Position numbers and translations under genes: made by a program. Below, piece by piece: positions 35,621 to 39,693 of a stretch of DNA of 39,693 bases (the stretch's first letter is position 1; every line of letters starts with the position of its first letter). The DNA comes from Acutalibacteraceae bacterium (GTDB taxonomy: Bacteria; Bacillota; Clostridia; Oscillospirales; Acutalibacteraceae): NCBI GenBank assembly GCA_045643425.1, contig JAZUKW010000085.1:1-39693 (forward strand), read 5' to 3'. The notes below the pieces were generated by a model that had not been told where the DNA came from, did not search any database, and saw nothing but the letters and a program-made list of their open reading frames with translations.

Positions 35621-37024
35621 TTATTTCATCGGTCTGTAGCGGCGTACGCCCCTGCGGGCGCCCCGCCGTTTTTCCTTGTTGTTCGAAATAAACATCCCAA
35701 TATAGATGACAAGCAGAATCACGAGGATTCCCACCAGCACCCACGTTACCGGCGAGGAAAACACCCTCCCGATACGGTCGGCGACCAACAGCAGCGCCGA
35801 CCGATTGACCGATTCCGCCGCCACGAGATCCACCGAGCCGATCGCCTGATCCTCGCGGATATACAAGGTGGCGTGACCGAGCACGTCACCGCGCTTGATC
35901 GGGGCTTCGAACTCCTCTTTATCCAGCGTGATCTCGGTGCGGATCGTCTCGAGATCCAGCTCGTTCGGCACAAGACCGGTCAGCGAATCCACCGACCACA
36001 GCGTCAGCGAATCCGTCGACCACGACAGCTTGATCTTGGCGCGGGTCATCGGTTCGTTTTTATCGACCAACGTGCGGTAGGTAAAGTTGTTGACCGCCCA
36101 ATTCACAAGCGCGCGCGTCGCCGCATAGTGAGAGCCCTCACCGTCCTCGGTATCCTCCAGCGGGCAACCGAGCACCACCGTCAGATAGCGGTAGTTGTCG
36201 GAACGGCAAAGCGATACCAGCGCCTTACCGTCCAGATCGGACACGCCGGTCTTACCGGCGGAGGCCGCCTCGTAATAGTTGAGATAATCCGATTCGCGCA
36301 GCATATAGTTGCTGCTCTCCCACGAGCGGGGCTCGCCGCCCTTCACCGGCGTTACGGTGCATTCCGTGGAAGACAGCGCCTCGGACAACAGCGGATCCTC
36401 CATCGCGTAGCGCATAGCCACGTACAGGTCGTGGGCGGTGGTTTTTTGGTTGGGGTTGTCAATGCCGGTGACGTTGGCAAGCATCGTCCCGGTGCAGCCG
36501 AGCGAGCGCATATAGTCGTTCATCCCCTGCACGAACAGATCGACGCTGCCGGCGGTGGTCGCGGCCAGCGTGACCGCCGCGTCTGCCGCAGTCTGGATCA
36601 TCGACAGCATCAACAGATCGCGCAGCGTCCACGTTTCGCCCTCTTCCATATTCGCGAGCGTCAGCCCGGTTCCCCAAATATAATTGTCGCGCAGCAGCTC
36701 GGTATACGTACCGGTGGTTTTATCCAGATCCAGTTTTTTGTCGTCGATCAGCTTTTTGGCGTACAGTCCCACCATCACGCGCATCGCCGCGGCGGGATCC
36801 AGCTGTAGATCTGCGGATTTTTCAAACAAAACGACGTCCTTGCCCCCGATTCCCTCGGCGGCGGTGGCGGACGCCTCCACGTATACCGCGATAACGGCTT
36901 TCGCGTTGACCGTTTTCGCCACGTCCGACGGCAGCTCGTAGGTGGCGGCGACCGACAGCGGGCAGGCGCAAAGGCAGAGGGCTGTCACGCACAGCAAAAG
37001 CAATATTTTTTTACAATTACGCAT
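35621..37024 (-). CDS. PBP5/peptidase S11 (D-Ala-D-Ala carboxypeptidase) homologue with degenerate active-site motifs and a C-terminal TM anchor
   Basis: The track ORF extends to 37030 (TTG). The ATG at 37022-37024 follows AAGGTGG. It has a signal peptide and S11-like blocks (LDPAAAMRVMVGLYAKK, TLRDLLMLSMIQTAADAAVTLA, SAGKTGVS). The C-terminus is SSPVTWVLVGILVILLVIYIGMFISNNKEKRRGARRGVRRYRPMK. Confidence 0.8.
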   Translation of the reverse strand: MRNCKKILLLLCVTALCLCACPLSVAATYELPSDVAKTVNAKAVIAVYVEASATAAEGIGGKDVVLFEKSADLQLDPAAAMRVMVGLYAKKLIDDKKLDLDKTTGTYTELLRDNYIWGTGLTLANMEEGETWTLRDLLMLSMIQTAADAAVTLAATTAGSVDLFVQGMNDYMRSLGCTGTMLANVTGIDNPNQKTTAHDLYVAMRYAMEDPLLSEALSSTECTVTPVKGGEPRSWESSNYMLRESDYLNYYEAASAGKTGVSDLDGKALVSLCRSDNYRYLTVVLGCPLEDTEDGEGSHYAATRALVNWAVNNFTYRTLVDKNEPMTRAKIKLSWSTDSLTLWSVDSLTGLVPNELDLETIRTEITLDKEEFEAPIKRGDVLGHATLYIREDQAIGSVDLVAAESVNRSALLLVADRIGRVFSSPVTWVLVGILVILLVIYIGMFISNNKEKRRGARRGVRRYRPMK

Positions 37025-37089
37025 AGACAAACCACCTTTTTTCGCCTATAATAGAAAGCGACAGCAAAACTGCACACATATACGAGTAT

Positions 37090-37118
37090 AGTATAACAAA
37101 AAACCTATAAAAATGCAA
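37090..37118 (-). promoter_or_regulatory. sigma-A promoter candidate for the dac-like/srtB operon
   Basis: Minus strand reads TTGCAT (37113-37118), a 17-nt spacer, then TATACT (37090-37095). Confidence 0.55.
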
Positions 37119-37140
37119 TCCTTTTTTGGGAGGGATTTTT

Positions 37141-37809
37141 ATGTTCTATATCACCGGCGATCTGCACGGTGACGTCACCCGCCTTGCCCGCACCCGCAAG
37201 CTGAAAAAAGGCGACACTCTGTTGGTGCTCGGCGATTTCGGCGTCTTGTGGTACGGCGACAAGCGGGACGACAAAATCTTAAAATGGCTCAAGCGCCGCA
37301 AATACACGGTGCTGTTCCTCGACGGCGTTCACGAAAACTACGATCTGCTCGACGCGGTCGAGAGGAGCGAATTCGGCGGCGCGCCCGCCGGAAAGCTTGC
37401 CGACAACGTCTACCACCTTTTGCGCGGCGAGATCTACGAGATCGAGGGCAAGCGCGTGTTCGCGTTCGGCGGCGGCGATGCCGAAAGCGAGTGGGAATTC
37501 CGCACCGATTCCGGCACCCATTTCGAGCGCGAGACCCCCTCCGGCGACGAGATGTCCCGCGGCTACGAGCGCTTGGCGGCAGCGGACAACACGGTGGATA
37601 TTATGGCGACCCACTCCCCCTCCGGCAAGACCAACGGCTACTTTTCGCGCAACGGCGAGGGCGCGCGGCTGCGCGGCGTCCACGTCTACCTGAATCGGCT
37701 TGAGGACATCGTCACCTTCGACCATTGGTATTTCGGCAGTCTTCACGTTGACCGTCCCTGCGGCTCCCGCCACACCGCCGTGTTTGAGGAAATATTGAAA
37801 GTAGAATAA
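37141..37809 (+). CDS. metallophosphoesterase (calcineurin-like)
   Basis: The track ORF starts at 37126. The ATG at 37141 follows GGGAGGG. It has the motifs GDLHGD, GDFG and GVHEN(Y). Confidence 0.8.
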   Translation: MFYITGDLHGDVTRLARTRKLKKGDTLLVLGDFGVLWYGDKRDDKILKWLKRRKYTVLFLDGVHENYDLLDAVERSEFGGAPAGKLADNVYHLLRGEIYEIEGKRVFAFGGGDAESEWEFRTDSGTHFERETPSGDEMSRGYERLAAADNTVDIMATHSPSGKTNGYFSRNGEGARLRGVHVYLNRLEDIVTFDHWYFGSLHVDRPCGSRHTAVFEEILKVE

Positions 37810-37818
37810 ACCTAAGCA

Positions 37819-37850
37819 AAACAGCGCATCCGTTCGGATGCGCTGTTTTT
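37819..37850. terminator. intrinsic terminator (serves the phosphoesterase gene; A-tract on the other side could serve udg)
   Basis: CAGCGCATCCGttCGGATGCGCTG followed by TTTTTT and preceded by AAAA. Confidence 0.85.
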
Positions 37851-37881
37851 TAATTCTTAATTTTGCATTCTTAATTTTCAA
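37847..37881. repeat. five tandem A/T heptads of the TTCTTAA family
   Basis: The array reads TTTTTAA TTCTTAA TTTTGCA TTCTTAA TTTTCAA, between the terminator and the udg stop codon. Confidence 0.8.
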
Positions 37882-37882
37882 T

Positions 37883-38479
37883 TCACACGTCCGTGTGCTC
37901 GCACACCTCGCGGATCTTGTCGCGCAGAGTCACGAAATCGGCGAACCACTCGCCTTTTTTGCGCGGGTCGCGCAAAACCGCGGCGGGGTGCAGCGTGCCC
38001 ATCAAGAGCACACCGTTCCGCTCGAAAAATTGACCGTGCTCTTTCGTTACCTTAAAGTCTTTGCTGATGATCTGGCACGCGGCAACGCGGCCGAGGCAAA
38101 CGATGATTTTCGGGCGAATGAGCGCCACCTGCGCGCGCAGCCACTCGATACACGCCTCCTGCTCCTCGGGCAGCGGGTCGCGGTTTTGCGGCGGGCGGCA
38201 TTTGGCGATGTTGGCAATATAAATATTCTTCTCGCGCGACAGTCCGACCGCTTCGAGCGCCAAATCGAGCAGCTTTCCGCCGCGGCCGACGAACGGCTCA
38301 CCTTGTAAATCCTCGTTTTCGCCGGGGCCCTCGCCCACGAACAGCACCTCCGCCTGCTTGTTGCCGACGCCGACCACCACGTTGTGGCGCGTTTTGCACA
38401 GCCCGCACCGCTCGCAGGCGAGACACTCCGCGGTCAACGTGTCAAAATCGGCAATTTTCCGAATGTCGCTCATACCCAT
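37883..38479 (-). CDS. uracil-DNA glycosylase, family 4
   Basis: Track ORF of 198 aa containing CERCGLC...[28 protein letters not shown] and HPAAVLR, characteristic of family-4 (Fe-S) UDG. Confidence 0.9.
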   Translation of the reverse strand: MGMSDIRKIADFDTLTAECLACERCGLCKTRHNVVVGVGNKQAEVLFVGEGPGENEDLQGEPFVGRGGKLLDLALEAVGLSREKNIYIANIAKCRPPQNRDPLPEEQEACIEWLRAQVALIRPKIIVCLGRVAACQIISKDFKVTKEHGQFFERNGVLLMGTLHPAAVLRDPRKKGEWFADFVTLRDKIREVCEHTDV

Positions 38480-38532
38480 CCGTCCTCTTTCAAAAAATTT
38501 TTAACTTTTTCCACATTATAGCACATTGGGGC

Positions 38533-38561
38533 TTGAAAAGGAAGAAAATTTGCGTTACAAT
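38533..38561 (+). promoter_or_regulatory. sigma-A promoter candidate for pduL-glyA
   Basis: TTGAAA (38533-38538), a 17-nt spacer, then TACAAT (38556-38561). A divergent extended -10 (TGcTATAAT on the minus strand, 38515-38523) could serve udg. Confidence 0.55.
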
Positions 38562-38604
38562 TTAGGATAGTGTTAAAAAAATTATAAGAACGGAGAATAC
38601 TACT

Positions 38605-39183
38605 ATGGAAAACGGAATTTTAGTCGAAACCTCGGCGCGTCACCTGCACGTTACGCGGGAGCATCTGGACATCCTGTTCGGCGAGGGCTATGAGCTCACC
38701 TCGAAAAAAGATCTGTCCCAGCCGGGTCAGTTCGCGTGCGAGGAGCGCGTGGACATTGTCGGCCCGAAACGCACGCTGTCCGGCGTGTCCATCCTCGGCC
38801 CGATCCGCAAAGCGACCCAGGTGGAGCTGTCGCTGACCGACGCCCGCTCGATCGGCGTTAACGCTCCGGTGCGCGAGTCCGGTGACATTGCCGGCTCCGG
38901 CGCCTGCAAGATCGTCGGCCCGAAGGGTGAGGTCGAGATCTCCGAGGGCGTGATCGCCGCGAAGCGCCACATCCACATGACCCCGGCCGACGCGAAAGCC
39001 TACAACGTCGAGGACAAGGAGATCGTCTCCGTCCGCCTCGAGACCGAGGGCCGCTCGCTCACCTTCGACGACGTGGTGGTGCGCGTTTCCGACAACTTCT
39101 TCCTCGCGATGCACATTGACACCGACGAGTCCAACGCCGCCGGTTTCTCCCCCGCCGTTAAAGGCATCATCATCAAAAAATAA
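38605..39183 (+). CDS. pduL: phosphate acyltransferase PduL family (phosphate propanoyl/acetyl-transferase)
   Basis: Track ORF of 192 aa. The duplicated blocks are VETSARHLHVTREHLDILFG and IAAKRHIHMTPADA, with HIDTDESNAAG at the end, typical of PduL. Confidence 0.88.
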   Translation: MENGILVETSARHLHVTREHLDILFGEGYELTSKKDLSQPGQFACEERVDIVGPKRTLSGVSILGPIRKATQVELSLTDARSIGVNAPVRESGDIAGSGACKIVGPKGEVEISEGVIAAKRHIHMTPADAKAYNVEDKEIVSVRLETEGRSLTFDDVVVRVSDNFFLAMHIDTDESNAAGFSPAVKGIIIKK

Positions 39184-39218
39184 TCCCCCCAAGACGTTAA
39201 AAACAGGAGGACAGTCCC

Positions 39219-39693
39219 ATGGAATTTCTTGACAAGCTTGCCCCGCTGGATCGCGAAGTCTACGACGCGTGTGCGTCCGAGCTTTCCCGCCAGCAGCACA
39301 ACATCGAACTCATCGCCTCGGAGAACATCGTGTCGGAGGGCGTTTTGTACGCCGCCGGCTCGGTGCTGACCAACAAATACGCCGAGGGCTATCCGGGCCA
39401 CCGCTACTACGGCGGTTGCCAATACGTGGACGTGGTGGAAGACCTCGCCCGTGAGCGCGCCAAAAAGCTGTTCGGCGCGGAGCACGCGAACGTCCAGCCC
39501 CACTCCGGCGCGTCGGCGAACCTCGCCGCGTTCTGCGCCTTTATGAAACCGCGCGACACGGTGCTCGGTATGGGACTGCCGAGCGGCGGTCACCTCTCCC
39601 ACGGCACGAAATTCAACATTTCGGGCAAACACTTCAACTCGGTCGCCTACGGCTTAAACGAAAAGACCCAGCTCATCGACTACGACGAACTGC
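39219..39693 (+). CDS. glyA: serine hydroxymethyltransferase, N-terminal part (runs off the window end)
   Basis: Absent from the track (no stop in window). The ATG at 39219 follows ACAGGAGG. It starts [67 protein letters not shown]... Confidence 0.93.
   Translation, partial: MEFLDKLAPLDREVYDACASELSRQQHNIELIASENIVSEGVLYAAGSVLTNKYAEGYPGHRYYGGCQYVDVVEDLARERAKKLFGAEHANVQPHSGASANLAAFCAFMKPRDTVLGMGLPSGGHLSHGTKFNISGKHFNSVAYGLNEKTQLIDYDEL

Overview
About 39.7 kb of high-GC (roughly 60%) core chromosome with Firmicutes/Clostridia-type gene order. Presence of gpr and spoIIP implies an endospore former; the taxon is inferred, not demonstrated. Positions 1-28011 are almost entirely minus-strand. In transcription order they hold gpr-spoIIP, a REP-like hairpin cluster, and the CIRCE-controlled hrcA-grpE-dnaK-dnaJ operon. 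Next comes a complete S10-spc-alpha ribosomal protein cluster (rpsJ to rplQ, including secY, adk, map, infA, rpmJ, rpoA). It is followed by an SRP RNA, dnaX-ybaB-recR, smpB abutting tmRNA (ssrA), and a truncated secreted protein. The remainder holds rpsT, holB, ricT(yaaT), a small ferredoxin, three translationally coupled RNA-modification genes (TrmN6-like, tcdA, rsmE) and an acyltransferase-3 membrane protein. It also holds a tRNA Met-Glu-Val operon, a two-gene unit (catalytically degenerate PBP5/S11-like protein plus class B sortase), a metallophosphoesterase, a family-4 UDG, an orphan pduL and the 5' part of glyA. Three genes absent from the ORF track were found by reading the sequence: rpmJ, the 5' fragment of glyA and the secreted-protein fragment at the window start. 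Several track ORFs are over-extended at the 5' end and were trimmed to starts with a ribosome-binding site. I see no defence island, prophage, CRISPR array or transposase. The observations worth follow-up are non-coding or small-scale. They are the pseudo-carboxypeptidase/sortase B pair, a REP/BIME-like hairpin cluster with compensatory changes, a perfect 31-nt duplication between SRP RNA and dnaX, a ~355-nt structured leader before rpsJ, and TTCTTAA heptad arrays at two loci. All coordinates of small features were counted by hand and may be off by 1-2 nt.
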